A stretch of DNA of 64,000 bases from Vicugna vicugna (Eukaryota), in assembly GCA_013265495.1 (NCBI GenBank), contig MU058528.1:186001-250000 (forward strand). The letters run 5' to 3'. Below the pieces are notes generated by a model. It searched no databases. It was not told the origin of the DNA and saw only the letters and a program-made list of their open reading frames with translations. Position numbers and translations under genes: made by a program. How positions within the stretch are numbered: position 1 is the stretch's first letter; each line of letters starts with the position of its first letter. Below are positions 10,951-24,564 of this stretch, piece after piece.

Positions 10951-11912
10951 TCTTTTAAATAAGAACTGTTGATTTCAGAGGCACATGGTGTCTACTAATC
11001 AGCACTAGGTAATTGTATTTCAAGCGTACCTCTCCCTCCATTCTCTCTCCATATAGTTCAATTCTAAATATAAGTCCCATGCACATGCAACTGATTGGCA
11101 GAGCCTGAGTCACACCCAGCACAGCAGCTGAAAGGGGTCTGAGGAACAAGGCTTTTAGCTTTCTGCAGAATGTGGAAGGCTGATTATGTAACAGAGCAGA
11201 TTAGAATGGAACAAACCTGTTTACCATGCCAGCTACCTTCCTCCTTCTCAGACTTCTCTTAGGTTTCTCATTACCGTGGCTGACACTCACAGAGGATTTT
11301 GACTTGCATCTCTGAAAATATGGGCAATGCTATACCAGTGAACATAAATACCCTCCTTTCTGTTCTGAAACCTTTTCATTCCTCTCTCTTTTATTTATGT
11401 TAGAAAGAAGACAGAGCTTTTGTTCCCTATGCCTTGTTTACTGCAGTGAATAATTCCCTTAACCTTGTAGGGGTTTTTTTTTTTTTCACTTCATTATTAT
11501 GACTCCAGCCTCTCAATTTAAGTTGTTTCAATACATTATTCTTTCTCAATCCAGTGTAAACAGAGCATGGAGACAAGGCACCGGACACAAAGCAGAATTC
11601 AAACTAAATCATGTAAATGAGAAATTCAAATGAAACATGAGATTTTTATGCATGAGTTATACTTGACATAGTTGATTTATTAATAATAACCATTCATAAA
11701 GATTTTGGGAGAATTTGGAGTAAGTTTGAAGTTACTCACTTTCTCAGAATATCTCAGTCTATACATTCATTGAATCTTCTTTTTTTCTTTCTTAGAGGCA
11801 AACTATTGATTTTTTCTTTAAGACTAATCTTTTAGCCTATGCTCTGGGTTCAATTTCTGCCCAATTCCTTCATGCCTTACTTCAGCAATTATTCTCTTTT
11901 TTCAGTGCCTTT

Positions 11913-12039
11913 TTTTTTCTTTTTGCTGAGAAGGTAATTAGTTTTTTATTTACTTATTTTTAGAGGAAATACAGGGGATTGAACCTAGGGCCTTATATAT
12001 GCTAAGCATGTGCTCTACCAATGAGCTATACCTTCCCCT
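11913..12039 (-). mobile_element. Vic-1-type SINE
   Basis: GGGGATTGAACCTAGGG...GCTAAGCATGTGCTCTACCAATGAGCTATACC with a T-rich tail; TSD AGTGCCTTT at 11904-11912 and 12042-12050. Confidence 0.9.
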
Positions 12040-12079
12040 GGAGTGCCTTTATTCTTTCCCTCTCCAGAGGTATCTTTTC

Positions 12080-13680
12080 TCCTCGACAAATACACTCAGT
12101 TCTTTTCATTTTGTCTAAGTCTTTAGATTCTGTATCTCTTGAATTATTACCCATTTTTCTCCTTTTCTTCACAAAAGTTCTCAAAAGAATGGTCTATGTT
12201 TATTATATATTATTATACCTTGCACTTCTTATCTTTCTGCTCCATTGCACTTGTAACCGACAACCAGTTGAAGATGCTCCCCAAGAGTACAATTTGATCT
12301 CTCTGTAGGCAATTAATGGTCCTTTCACAGAATCCCTTATTCATTTTTTTCTAGTATTTGAGGCTGTTAATACCCCTTTACCCATGTTTGAATAGCTTTT
12401 TCTTCAACCTCATGCTACATTGTCTTCTTCCCTTCTACTGTGTGGCCATGGCTATTTTTGATTTTTCTTCTCCTTTGCCAACCTGGTGAGCTTGCTCCAT
12501 CAATTATTCCTTCTCTCTCGTTTTATCTTCAAGCTTTCATGACCATATCATTTGCCTGCAAATATGCTTCAGTCTCTGGACTCACAGAAAAGAAAAACCC
12601 TTCTCTTGAACATGATTCTATCACCAGTTTTCATCCTATTTCTCACATTGCTTTCAGTTCCAGAATTTTTGAAAGTTTAGTATATCCATACTCTATTCAC
12701 TTTCTTACAACTTAACCTCTTGTATGTGATTCCCACAATGTCTGTCCTTCTCTACTCCTTGAAATTCTTTCCTTCCTTGCGCTACATGCTCTGCCATACT
12801 CTGGTCATTTTACTGTCTTTGGTGGTTCCTTTTGGGCTTCTTTTGTAGCGTGTTCCCCTCACTGCCAAAAGTGGGTATTTCCTAAAGTTGCCCAATTCTT
12901 TTATCACTCTGTAATCATGAGAATGTGGTCTCATTCATGCCTACAATACTGACTTTTGGGTGACTACAACATTGCCACCTCAAACTCTTTCTAAATTCTT
13001 TTGTCATGGTTGTTTGGATGGACACAGTTTGAGTACTCAAAAATGGGCCAGAATGGGAGCTATGGGCAGCAGAGGCTCTCTAGAGCAGTAAGAACTTCCA
13101 GGAGTTGTTTCAAGTTCAGTCTTTCAAGGAGAATTGAGAGTTAATCTGTGAACAAAAGATCAATGTTAAGTGCTCAGGTTAGGAGCAGGAATGTAAGTGG
13201 AGAATAGAGCCAAGAGTTGGAGTCTGCTCAATAAAAGACTGAATGGGAGCAAAGTTTAAAACAGCAGTGAATATCCAAAATTATTCCCACAAATGGCTGT
13301 GGGGAACCCATGGGTCATTTCAGATGGCAGGTGACATATTCTGGGTGGTGCTTCATTCATGTCAAGATGAGGAGTCCAGGCAGCCAACTCCAAATTTCTC
13401 CATGGTCTCTTATTTCTTTCTGCCTGCTCTATTTTTCCACATAGAGTTCACTTTGGAAACTAATGTTCTTTTTCTTCCCAAATAATAACGTTGCCATCTA
13501 CTATCAACGTCATCTAAACCTTTGGTCTTTGATTTCTCTATCAACTCCTACATCGAATCAGTTGCCAGGTCTAGCCAACTCTTCCTAATACATCTTGCAT
13601 TTGTTTTTTCTACTTCCAATTTTCCTCCTCATTTACTCCTGTCTGGGCATGTCAATGGTTTTCTAATTGATTTCTTCATG
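12080..13680 (+). mobile_element. Highly decayed L2 fragments
   Basis: Pyrimidine-rich L2-like motifs (CTTCTCTACTCCTTGAAATTCTTTCC; CATCGAATCAGTTGCCAGGTCT). Interrupted, boundaries uncertain. Confidence 0.45.
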
Positions 13681-15185
13681 TGTACTGTTGGAGTTTGAGT
13701 GTTTGAAAAACAATGATGAGATTATACATCCAAGCCTATTGCTTGCCTCTAAGATACAAAAGTTTCAGGGAGAACTAATTGGATGAGGGCTCTGGAATGT
13801 AAGTCTGGTTTAGTAAGGTGTGTTCTTAGTTGCCTCTTGGTACAGTTCCCTGAGATGGCTTTGCCACACTTAGGTGCCCTGCTTGTGAACCCACATGTTT
13901 GACATCATGATGTTGGTCTAGAGCTTCCTTATATTCACTCTCTCCAGCCTTTACTTTTATATGCAGTTATTTATAACTTTCACAAGTTTCAACATAAAAG
14001 GAAACAGTTGTACTATAGATGCACACATATAGACTGAGAAAATGTTCATCTCTCTTAAATATGGTCCTTAGAGATTACTCTTTGGGCATCTGCTTTTGTA
14101 TATGTGCACTATCTTCACATCCAGTCATTCTATGCTTTGCTGGAAGATGGAAATTCATCCAACACAATTCTGATTGGCACTCTGCATTCTTCATGGAAAA
14201 TAAAAGAATTCTATTGCATAGAATTTAAAGTCCTACACAATTTGATCCCAACCTAATATTCTGATAAGCTGCCAGGAATCCTTTTTGGAGCAAGACAAGA
14301 TACAAATAAATGAACAGACAATTTACCAACACTTCTTTGCGAAGGCTTCCTTACCATACCTAGAACATGGTAAACTCTCTTTCATTTCTTTTTTTTTCAT
14401 AATACCTTCCTGGCAATGCCCACTCCTTTCTCTATGCCTTTTCTTTAAGAACTAGGTTCATACTCAACTTCTTCAAGCATTTTCTGCCTGCTCCAGCTTA
14501 TCCTATAACTTTTATTGTGACACAAATCTTTATATTGATTGTAACCTTTGTTCTTTTACCTCCACCACCCATCACACCCCAAGGTTTAATAAGACCCTTG
14601 TCACTGTGTCCAGGAATTACTGAATTACTGGGCCATTGGAAGTGTTTACTATTAATTTAACACAGCTGGTCAAACCTTTGAGCATTAATAGCATATTACT
14701 CATTCATCACTGAAAAATTTTACCTTATCTCACTTGTGTTAAGTAAGGTCTTAGCTCAAATCATGGTCAGAAAAGTAACTAGGTGTCACAGTTTTATCCT
14801 CTTGCCCTCCATTACCCCAGAACTTTCTCCTCAGAGATGTAGCCATGATTGGTCTCAAGAGTTTTTGCATCAATATCATTCTTGTTAACAATTTGCATAA
14901 TCATTATATTGAAAATATTATAATGAGCTCACACTGCTGAAAGGAGCCATGCGGAGGTGCCACTTAGGTACATCAAAAAGATTTAATTATCTAAATAAAC
15001 TTAAGAAAGTCAGCTCAATTAGAGTACTTAACAGAGAAATCATAGCACTTTGTCTCTCAGATTTGGTTAACAAACAGTGCTGTATATATATTTTCATAAG
15101 AGTTATGTGATGAAATAAATAAAACACTTTATACATTTTGCACCCGTGATGCATAATGCACCACATTGCATTTAAAAATGTCATT

Positions 15186-15440
15186 TCATAAGTCAGAGAA
15201 AGACAAATACTGTATGATATAATTTATACATGGAATCTAAAAAATAAAACAAACAAATGAATGTAACAAAACATAGAGAGACTCACTGATGGAGACAACA
15301 AACTAGTGGTTACCAGCGGGGAGAGAGGAGGAAGGTGGGGTAATACAGGTAACATAGAGGATTAAGAGATACAAACTATTAGATATAAAATAATCTACAG
15401 GAATTTATTGTACAACACAGGGAATATAGCCAATGTTTTA
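15186..15440 (+). mobile_element. L1 3' UTR fragment (L1MA-like)
   Basis: ATAAGTCAGAGAAAGACAAATACTGTATGATAT...GGAATCTAAAAAAT...TTGTACAACACAGGGAATATAGCCAAT. Confidence 0.85.
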
Positions 15441-16964
15441 GGAACCAGATGAACAGTGGTATTGCAATGGTCAACAACTGACTTTCAAGGTCTCTTAGCA
15501 AGAAGAATGGGGGAAGAGCAAAATTCTGGGACCACTAAGCAAGCGATATGGAAATCAAACAAATGATTTTTGCTCCAGTCCAATCGGGAAGCTGTGGGTC
15601 TAATCACACAACCACACTGAGGGCATGGGGGCCACCAGGTAGCTCAGTCCCAGCCTGGGCAGCCGTTTCATGACTGCAACTCTGTTAGATGGAAGAAAGG
15701 AAGAACTTTCTTCCTAGCAGTCTCTGCAACATCTTTTCCTTCCAGCAATTTGCCCTGTTTTTCTTACAGACTCAGACTCTAGAAAACATTTCAAGGATAA
15801 TCTGTTTGTTCATTTGTTTTTCCTCTAGGCACTAACTTCCATTGCTTTACAGTTTTGGTGGTATTATTCAGGTGAAAGGCATTCTATCCTGTTTCAGTTA
15901 CTCTAACTTTTGGGGAATCTATAGCTTATTTCTGAGCTCTTGACATCTATTTGTTGTACAGTAAATCAGCCTTAGATTTACGTTGCTAGATTTTCAGAAA
16001 AAGCTCACATCAGTGGTCTAAGCCAAAGAATACAAAGTGCTTAAAATAATGGAAGACTGCTCTGAGCTGAAATTAAAAGCTAATATGGCTCCCGGGTACA
16101 TTAGCATAATTAGTCTTTGGTTTGATACATTCCTTGTGTAGTCTGTTCTAGTAATAACTGTGATATACTATTTTGTTGCCTTTTAGAATTTAGCAAGGAA
16201 GAGACTTTTCTAGTCTGGTAATTCTGAATTATAATCTATAAATCTACATTCTCTAATAACTCTAATGGAAGCTAGAGATTATAATGACTCACTTCTGGGT
16301 ACTTGCACAATTGCGCTGCAAGAAGATGTCGAATACAAAAGAGAGGTCTGTAATCATTCAAAGGATTTTTCTATTTCACTTTATGTTTTCTCCTTCACAT
16401 CCTCCCTCTTAACCTCCGAGGATATTGCAATTCCATTTTTTATTTTTTGGCAAAATAATTTCGAGGAGAGCTGGAATGAAAGATCACTCATGTTTTAATG
16501 GCTCTGCCTGTCAACGGCTGACTCTCTGTTAATGGCAGAGTGTGCTGTATTTGCACACAGAGGGGAGAGTACAAAACACATCCTATGATTTGTATACCCT
16601 TGTGGCCATCTGACTTATTGATTGCCAATTTTAGAAATGCTGACAAGTGTAGACAGAGGTGAAGATTCTTTTCATAAACTTTTTCTTTGAATTGTAAAGG
16701 AAAGCTCTAATGTCTAGGAACTGGAGTAGAAAGATTCTTACTTGCTTTTCTTCATAACACATTTTTTGGTCCTGAACAATTATCTTTCATTACAGAATTA
16801 CAGGACAAGATGCCATGGTATGTACTTTCTCTATTAACTGCTTGAAGGTCATGACCTGAAAGTCAAGGACTTTTAGGCCAAGGCTAGTTTGATATGATTA
16901 ATATATTTGAGCCTAAGAAAGACTTTATAGAAGTTTATGCAGGTAGGAAAAGCCCTGTGGGGAA

Positions 16965-17018
16965 ATTAATAATAATTAATAATAATAATAACAATAACAA
17001 CAATAATAATAATAATAA
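16965..17018. repeat. (AAT/AAC)n microsatellite
   Basis: AATAATAATAACAATAACAACAATAATAAT; explains the poly-N ORF at 16894. Confidence 0.95.
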
Positions 17019-17599
17019 AATATTGTGTTTAACACTTTATATCCACTCTCATTTATGCAAGGATGCCTACAATGGTTACTATTCTTTCCTTAAGAAAAGC
17101 AGAGAGATGAGAGTGACACTTTAGGAAAACCATTTAAATTGTCCCTAGTTTCCTTCTAACTGGAGAAGAAAAACTTTAACAATTCAAATCTTGAGTCCTC
17201 AGCATTTTCACTTGGAAATTTACCTTTCACTGTTTTCATTCCACTAATCTTTGTTGAAATAATTTTTTTCTCCAAACTCCGTACTTGAGAGTTCTTAAAA
17301 ATCTGAACAATGATGGGTTGATAGAATAGTTCTGTTCCTAATGTTTACGTCTTTGTAGTAAAGAAATCTGCAGCGGGATTGTGAGGACTTGATAAAGAGA
17401 AAGGCGGATGGGGAGGGTCGGCTGTTCTTTCCTTGTGGATGTCTGTATCCAGAAGGGAAAATAAAGGGAGAACTCTTTACTCCATCTTTGAGGACAATGC
17501 TTCCTCTTGACCTTTTTATGTTTTGGCTCTGTGTTTATTTAGTCTCTGGAGTCCTGGGGAAAGCGACTTGGTTTCATCCTCACATAGTGAGCCACACAG

Positions 17600-17890
17600 G
17601 CTGCCAGTCCCACGTGGGGGTTTGCACAGTGTCATTACGTGTTGGACGCATGGACAGTGTCCAAGGGCAGAAATGAGCTAATACATTTTATTATAGGATG
17701 TTGCTTTTAAAAAGTGTTTATTCCTAATGGTTCTTGTCAAGACAGAGTACAGTGTGTGGGAAAATGGAAAGTTTCAGAGGAAGTGGAAAGGATCAACACC
17801 TGCAGAATCAGATACTCGTGCTGCGTAAACCTGTGAACATTTGCCGCAGGGCTTCAGAGGATGAGATCTTGTTCCTGGAAGCGGTAACGC
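17600..17890. promoter_or_regulatory. Candidate enhancer (cluster of transcription-factor motifs in apparently unique, CpG-retaining DNA)
   Basis: CACGTG 17611-17616, TACGTG 17636-17641, AGAGGAAGTG (PU.1/ETS) 17776-17785, TTCCTGGAA (STAT GAS) 17872-17880. Confidence 0.3.
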
Positions 17891-20444
17891 AGAGGGCTCT
17901 GTGGTTGTATGTTCTTTGTACTTTTATTTTTAGAGTTCAAAATTTATTTTATGTCTTAAAAGTTACATGAATAAATGGTATTTTTATGTCATCTTCAAGT
18001 CAAGAAGATGACCTAATGAGATGATTTTTTAAAAAGATTTATTAACACTGGGGAAGTTGGAAGTTGAGATGTGGATTGAAGTAACTTCTTTAGATGTGAT
18101 GGCTCAAATTGCTTGGTTTCAGAACCCTTCTTGATAGTTCAGAGAAAATAGAAATAGGCTATGGCTTTTCCTTTAGAAATCAGGCTTTGTTCATTCTTCA
18201 AGAATGTGATGGGAAACAGTCTGTATTTTGTTTCTGATTGGTGATGTGACTACAGAGATGTCTGATAAGATTTAAAGATTCTTCGAGGGGGCAGGAAGCG
18301 ACACTGCTACTCAGATAAATGAAAGGCAGAACTTCCTGTCATCCATAGCTCCCAGGGGAGAGAAGGCGCTCCCTGGGGAGGCTCCCACAGGGGTCTGCAC
18401 CTGGGGAGGGGTAAACAGGAAGCCCTAACCCTCAGGGAGCTTGGATGGCAAGCTGGGTGGGTTAGCTAGGTTTCCATGGCTCCCTGTGGATTTCAGAGAG
18501 CTTTGGGGCAGAGAAACTGGGGACCTGGCTCTAGGGTGATTGGTGCTAATATATAGTGGGCCTGAGTGTGAGGACCTGATAAAAGAGTGATGGGAGTGTG
18601 CCTTTAATTGACTGCTCAAGAAAGGCGAGCTGCCTGGCCGGGGCCTCAAAGTTGGGTCAAAACAACAACAACAACAATGCCTCTATGTTATAAGAAATGA
18701 CAGTTTTCCCATTTTTAAAGTGGCTTAGATATTAGTGTTAGCTTAAAAAAAAGGGTTACATTCAATGTCTAGGTTCTGCTTACGCATGCAATCAACTCTT
18801 GCCAGTACCATATAAATGAGCTGGTAAAAACCAATAAGGGGGTGTGGATGGCAAGAGCAAAAAAGAATAACCCACTCCCACATGTTTCCTTCCTTCTGCC
18901 ATTTGTTTTCTCTATCTATCTATCATCTCTGTATGTATGTATGTATGTATATATGTATGATCATCACAATCTCTTCCAAAGCAGTTTGGGATGGGAAGGA
19001 AGGTGGAAGGCTTCGTGTGTGCGGGTGTCAGGGCAGGTAGCTTTGAAGACCATGGTGCTGCTGTTGAGTTAGGGATGGAAGCTCAGCTCTCCCCTAGAAC
19101 ACCCTTCCTCTGGTGTAAGTGTGGGTGCTGAACTAGCCCTCTGGTCTAGGATTAGGGAGGAATTCCTGAAAACCTAAAAAGTGAACTGCAGGAAAATTAG
19201 ATTGCATATTCATGACTAGTAGAAAAAAGATGGGGTTTTTCTTCTGTGTTTCTGGTCCTGCTTGGGGCTTCAGTTGAGTCTGTTCCTGAACATGTATGAT
19301 GGCTCTGGGCAGGCCTCGGAGGACCTCTGAGTGGACTGTGGGTAGATGCCTGATTCACAGCAAAGGTTCAGGGTGCACCATCATCCCAGTAAACTACATT
19401 CCAATGCCCAGTGAAGAAGGGAGAGCCCAGACAAATCAATCGAACATCAGCCTATTTTCTTGAACTGCTGTAAAATGGAACGGAATCTAAGGCAGAAGCC
19501 CAGAGCTAGTGTCCTAAGTGATCTTCACCACCTCCCGTCACATTTGGTTCTGTAAAGAAAATATTATGTTGCAGTCAGGATCCCACAGAGCCTTACCGCT
19601 TGAATTCAGGCCCAGACAAGTTGCGTTACCCTGAGGAAAACCCTTGCATTTCATGTTTGGAGATTCCCCAGAGTCCATATGAAAGAAGGATTCACTGGAC
19701 AAGTCCAGTTTGACTTCATTCCACTTCTCAAATGTGTTCTCAGGGACTAGATGGTCTTTACTGTGGTTGTGAGGTATTTGGTTAGACCCCAACCACTGAC
19801 TGAGTTACTGTAGGAAATGGCTTGGTGTAGAGTGTCATTCCAAGGCATATACATAATCTTTAGCAATGACAATTACATTTTTATGTCCCAGCCCTTTGAA
19901 TCTTGAAACTGAAACCAGTTTATAAACAAACAGTAAAAGCAGCATGTTTAGCTTTGTCTCAAACTTACTTACGGAGCTTTATTGACTGCCTGAGAGTACA
20001 TTCAGGATTTCTAAAAATTATTTGTTTTTTGTACAAGTGGACTGTAATAAGTACAATCTATTATCTAGATATTGAACACATAGAAAGAATTTTGAATAAA
20101 ATAATGCCCTTTGGAAATGTTTCACAAGGACCATAGGTATCTTTGCCAGAAATCCAGCACGATACTTGCTGAACTTCCTTATCCATCTGTGATGCTGAAT
20201 TAGAACTTCAGTAATGGAATTCCAGAGACATTACTGGCGGACTTTCTTACCCTAATTTAAACCTGGAGCAAGGGGAGAAGAATATAGAAAACAGACATTT
20301 CACTGTTAGGTAAGCTGGAGAAGAGTTCTGCCTTATGGAGACTCAATGATAAACTGGATCTAGGGGGAAGCCAAGGAGTCCAAGTGATGTACCCAAGTGG
20401 TACCAGACACTTCGTGTGCACAATTAGACATGCCTTCAGCCTCA

Positions 20445-20925
20445 TGTCACTGTCTAAACATAGCTGTGGTGACCAGTTCTGGACTCTTATGAGCAGACGT
20501 CTCCAGACATGTCATCCCAGCCCATGTTGTGAACCTCTCCTTCTTGCCCTGGGGCTTTGCTGACACTGAGGTTTGGGGACCCATTGGAGCCATCCAACAC
20601 TCAGGCACACACCAGTGCCAAGAAGTGGGAGAAAATTCGCACTCACAAGGAAACCCATGACCAATGGGGTATAGGAACCTAGAGGTAAGTGTGTCCCCTT
20701 TCCTCCCTGATACACATCCTCTAAGGCTTCCCTTCAATCTGTGGGTGCCTGCCAGCTGCAGCTTAAAAACTGTCTTTTGTATTGGCTCTGCATTTTCTTT
20801 CACATCTTCCACATATGCTCTCCTGTCCCTCATCCTTGTTTTCTGGGCTCACATTCCCGAGTAAATCATGCCCACATGAACCTTTCTTCCCAGACTGTGC
20901 TTTCAGAGGACCCCAGGGAAAGATT
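20445..20925 (+). mobile_element. ERVL LTR16-family solo LTR (decayed)
   Basis: TGACCAATGGGG...CTGGGCTCACATTCCCGAGTAAATCATGCCCACATGAACCTTTCTTCCCAGACTGTGCTTTCAGAGGACCCCAGG resembles the LTR16-type 3' end. Confidence 0.55.
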
Positions 20926-21481
20926 ATTAAACAATTCTATAAATCCATGCCAAATGACAAAGCACACTGGAAAAATGGGCAAAGGACATAAGCTGGCAGT
21001 TTAACAACAACAAAAGATATATTAATTATAGTTAATAAGAAATAGAAATTTAAAAAAATGTTTTAGTCAAATTTGGAGATAAAATTTTACATTATCAGAA
21101 TGACAAACTAAAATAAAATTGACAACATTCTTATAGCAAATGTTTCCAGAAACAGTCCCAAACTTAGTGGCAGGGTGCCAACATGAAGGTAAATTTGCTG
21201 ATATCCTGCATGGAAGTCAGTTCTCCATGAATTTTCTCACATTCTCCATGGCCTGGCTTTTCTGAGCAAGGAACTTTTTTTTTCTCAGCGTCACTCAGTT
21301 TATTTGAACTTTGTATAATATGCTTATGAACAATTTCATATAAGCTTTTTATTATACAGCCATTATATAATACTTGAAAATGCAAAAGCTTATAAAGAAA
21401 AGCTAAATTGTATGCCTCCAAGTTGAGTGTATACTTTTCCAGTATTTTTTTTCTCTGTTTTTTGGTCTTTGGGGTTTAAAA

Positions 21482-21635
21482 CAATTTTTTAAATTTTTAT
21501 ATAATTTTTAAAGTTTACTTTCCATTTAGAGTTACTACAAAATATTGGCTATATTCCCCACATTGCACAGTACGTTCTTAAGCCTGTCTTACACTCAATA
21601 GTTTGTCCCACTCACCCCCTAACCTCTTTATTGCC
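21482..21635 (-). mobile_element. Short L1 3' end
   Basis: T-rich start, then TTTTTAAAGTTTACTTTCCATTTAGAGTTACTACAAAATATTGGCTATATTCCCC, the reverse complement of the L1 3' UTR seen at about 15400. Confidence 0.75.
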
Positions 21636-21639
21636 AGCA

Positions 21640-22098
21640 AGGGGCTTGTGTGAATAGCAAAAGTCTTGGAAGCTAGAGGTTGTAAATTTCCCCAGAGAGA
21701 TGGAGAAACTTACTTTCCTCAGAGAGACATTTGCTTACCCCCCAGGGTGTAAATTCTCTCTCTCTTTCTCTGCTGAGGGGGATAGGAGCAGATATGTCAG
21801 CCACCTGATGTAAGCTATGTGTCTCATAATTTCAAGGATCCTCTTCTGGGGTGCAAAGCCTGCTGCCTGTGCCGGTGAACATCTGGTCCCCACTGTGTCG
21901 CCCTGTGGGGGACGGATGCAGGATGCTACTCTAGCTGCTCTTCCTGCTGTGAGTGATAAATGATCTGTTCTCCGACCCAGATGTCTGACGTTTCTGTCAG
22001 TACACACACACATACACACGCACACATACACGTATATGTAATCTCGGCAGGCTAATTTGTAAGCTTGAAAGGAGGCTAAGATCTGTGACCTTTTGCAG
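21640..22098 (+). mobile_element. ERVL LTR (MER54/MER74-group-like) with an internal (CA)n tract
   Basis: TGTGTCGCCCTGTGGGG...CTGCTGTGAGTGATAAATGATCTGTTCTCCGACCCAG...GGCAGGCTAATTTGTAAGCTTG; related to 2169-2541. Confidence 0.55.
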
Positions 22099-22199
22099 TT
22101 TTGGAATCAACATATCTCTCAAAATGAAAGATGAACATAACCTTTTGAGTTTGTTTGAAACCTCTAAAAACTGATTTTACACGAGGGTATAGGGATACA

Positions 22200-22762
22200 T
22201 GTGTTGGGTGCCAGCCCAGCATCCATTCCTCCCCTTCACAACAGCATACAGTTTCTTTGGAGAACTACCCACCTCTGTTGCATGGTGGCTGCACAGTATT
22301 TTTGGAGTGTGTGTTGAGGGATTGACTTCATCCCTGTTCCCAGAGGCAGTCCTCACAGGCCTAAGCAAATCTGCCTAATATGACACAGCTGCCATGATGA
22401 TGGGATCAGTAACTAGGCCTTTGACTATCAGTTCATGTTATTACCTGGATACTGGTTGCTTAAGGTGGATTGCGCCAAGCAGAGCGAACTGAAGGACACC
22501 TATTCTAAGGTGGGATGAAGAGAAAATCTCTTTCTCTCCATGAGCTTGGCACTGCTGTAGCCATTTGTAAACACTGAGAGGAATTAAGCTAAGGGTTAAG
22601 CTGTTAATAGACTGTGAAAGAATTAGAGAAAACTGGAGTCAATACCCTGATTGAACCATGCCTGAACTCCCTTGTGTCTTTAAGTTATTTAAATAAATAC
22701 AATCCTTTATTGTTTATGTCAATTTGAACTGAGTTCTCTAGTTTGTGTAATGAAAATCTACT
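22200..22762 (+). mobile_element. Old MaLR LTR (MLT1J/K/L-like)
   Basis: CCAGCATCCATTCCTCCCC...AATAAATACAATCCTTTATTGTTTATGTCAATTTGAACTGAGTTCTCTAGTTTG. Confidence 0.55.
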
Positions 22763-22899
22763 TACTATTAAAGGGGGTGATAGAGAAAGAGAGTAAGGAG
22801 GCCAATACACAACTTATATCTCAGTAGATTTATATTAATCTACTTGTCAGAAATTCCTACCCTCAGAGATATCCTTTGCATTAAACTCTTAATCTAGTC

Positions 22900-23098
22900 C
22901 AGTATCATCTAATAGAACTTTCTGCCATGATGGAAATATTTTATATCTGGGTATGCCCAATATGGTTGCCCGGTAGGGAAATGTTGCTAGTGAGACTGAG
23001 AAAGTGAATCTTACATTTCACTTAATTTTAATTAATTGAAGTTTAAATTTAATAGTTGCATGCCATTAGTAGCTGTCATATTGGACATTGCAAATATA
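22900..23098. mobile_element. MER3-like hAT-Charlie MITE
   Basis: CTAATAGAACTTTCTGCCATGATGGAAATATTTTATATCTG...TTAGTAGCTGTCATATTGGACATTGCA. Confidence 0.75.
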
Positions 23099-23638
23099 GA
23101 TTTTCCTGTTGAAAGCAAAGTGCCTAGAAAAATAATAAGTTGGCCTCATGCAATTTTAATACAACTTATTAAAATCCTCTTCTTGGAAAACTTAAGCTTG
23201 GGCCTGGAACACAGGAGGTTTGATGTATTTGATAATTTCATTTGTGTTTGTTTTAGAGATGGGTCACGTAGGAGACACCCAGAATAGGGAAACACTTTTA
23301 CCTTTTCTCCCAGTTGGAAATTTTACTCTTCAAGGATCCACTATTCTGTGATATTATTTTTTAAAATAGAAGATAGTTGCCAATTTTTCTTGCTATAGGC
23401 AGTGTATTTTCTTAGACTTTAGTTTCACATTGATGGGGATATAAACAAGAGAAGTATAAATAAATACATCAGGGCTTCCTCACAAAAGAGGTAAATGATG
23501 TGTTGCAGATGTGTGGGTTTTGAGAACAGACTGTATTACATCAATGGAGCTCTAATCAAGAAATAAAAGGGAAGTGCTATCATTTTCCACTCCTCCTTCT
23601 CTCTCCTCTTCCTTTCTTCCCTTCTTCCCTTTCCCCTC

Positions 23639-23999
23639 TGTATTAGTCTCCTAAGGCTGCCGTAACAAAATACCACAGAGTCGGGGGCTTAAACAGCACA
23701 CATTTATTTTCTTATAGTTCTGGAGGCTGGAACTACAAGATTCAGATGTCTTCAGGTTGGGCTTCTCTGAGGCCTCCCTCCTTGTCTTGCAGACGGCCGC
23801 CTTCTTGCTGTGTCCTCACATGGCAAGCTCATCTCTGATGTCTCTTTCTCTTCTTATTAGGACATCAATTCTATTGGATTAGGACCCTATCCTTTTGACT
23901 CATTTAACCTTAATTTCCTCAGTAAAGGCCCTATCTCCAAATACAGTTATTTTGGGCACCACTGCTTCAATCTGCGGTGAGCAAAATTCAGTCCATAAA
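23639..23999 (-). mobile_element. MaLR LTR (MLT1B-like)
   Basis: TGTATTAGTCTCCTAAGGCTGCCGTAACAAAATACCACAG...GTTCTGGAGGCTGGAA...CCCTATCTCCAAATACAG...AATTCAGTCCATAA. Confidence 0.85.
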
Positions 24000-24009
24000 G
24001 CTGTCTTCC

Positions 24010-24440
24010 TTCTTTCCTTCCACAGATATTTGTTAAGGACTCAAGTTGTGAAAGGCACTGAGATGACAATCAGAACAAGGAAGGATGATAATGTCTCTGT
24101 CCTCACAGAGCCCCAGGCTCTGTGTGGAAGAGAGAGAGAACTTAACAAGCAACCTAGTTACAAATGGACTATGAGTAATCATGGAGGAGGCATAGGATGT
24201 TTTGAAAGCACATGAGGGGGCATCTAAACTTCTCAGGTAGATATGTGGGGAGGCTTTTGGGAGTAAGGGATACCAAAATGATATCTGAAGAAAGGGTAGG
24301 AATGAGCCCAAGGAGAGGGTGCTAGAGTTGAAGGAGGAACCAGAGGGAAGAGAAGGGGTAAAGGCTTGGAGGTGACTGAGAATAAGATGTGGTGACACGT
24401 GGAGGAGGCAGAGTTATAGAGTTTTGTGGTTGCTTAGATG
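24010..24440 (-). mobile_element. L2 3' fragment
   Basis: CCACAGATATTTGTTAAGGAC...GGCACTGAGATGACA...GTCTCTGTCCTCACAGAGC. Confidence 0.55.
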
Positions 24441-24564
24441 GGCCAGGGAGGTATAAGAGGAAGGGTGATAGCCAGGCCAGCCATAACCCTCTGTAATTCC
24501 AGGTGAGGGAGGGGAGCAGGAAGAGAGGTCATGTCAGTCACATCACATCACTGGAAGGATTTCA

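Noticed and set aside
13800..14210. Possible ancient retroelement coding remnant
   Set aside because: Only a vague resemblance; I could not support any motif or family without a Dfam search.
16894..17124. Poly-Asn ORF; likewise the poly-Ala ORF at 8097-8378
   Set aside because: Produced by (AAT/AAC)n and (GCT)n microsatellites.
19538..19808. Minus-strand 84-aa ORF with a GCG|GTAAGG donor near 19596
   Set aside because: The nearest good acceptor puts an in-frame TAA first; the peptide is unrecognised and there is no other support.
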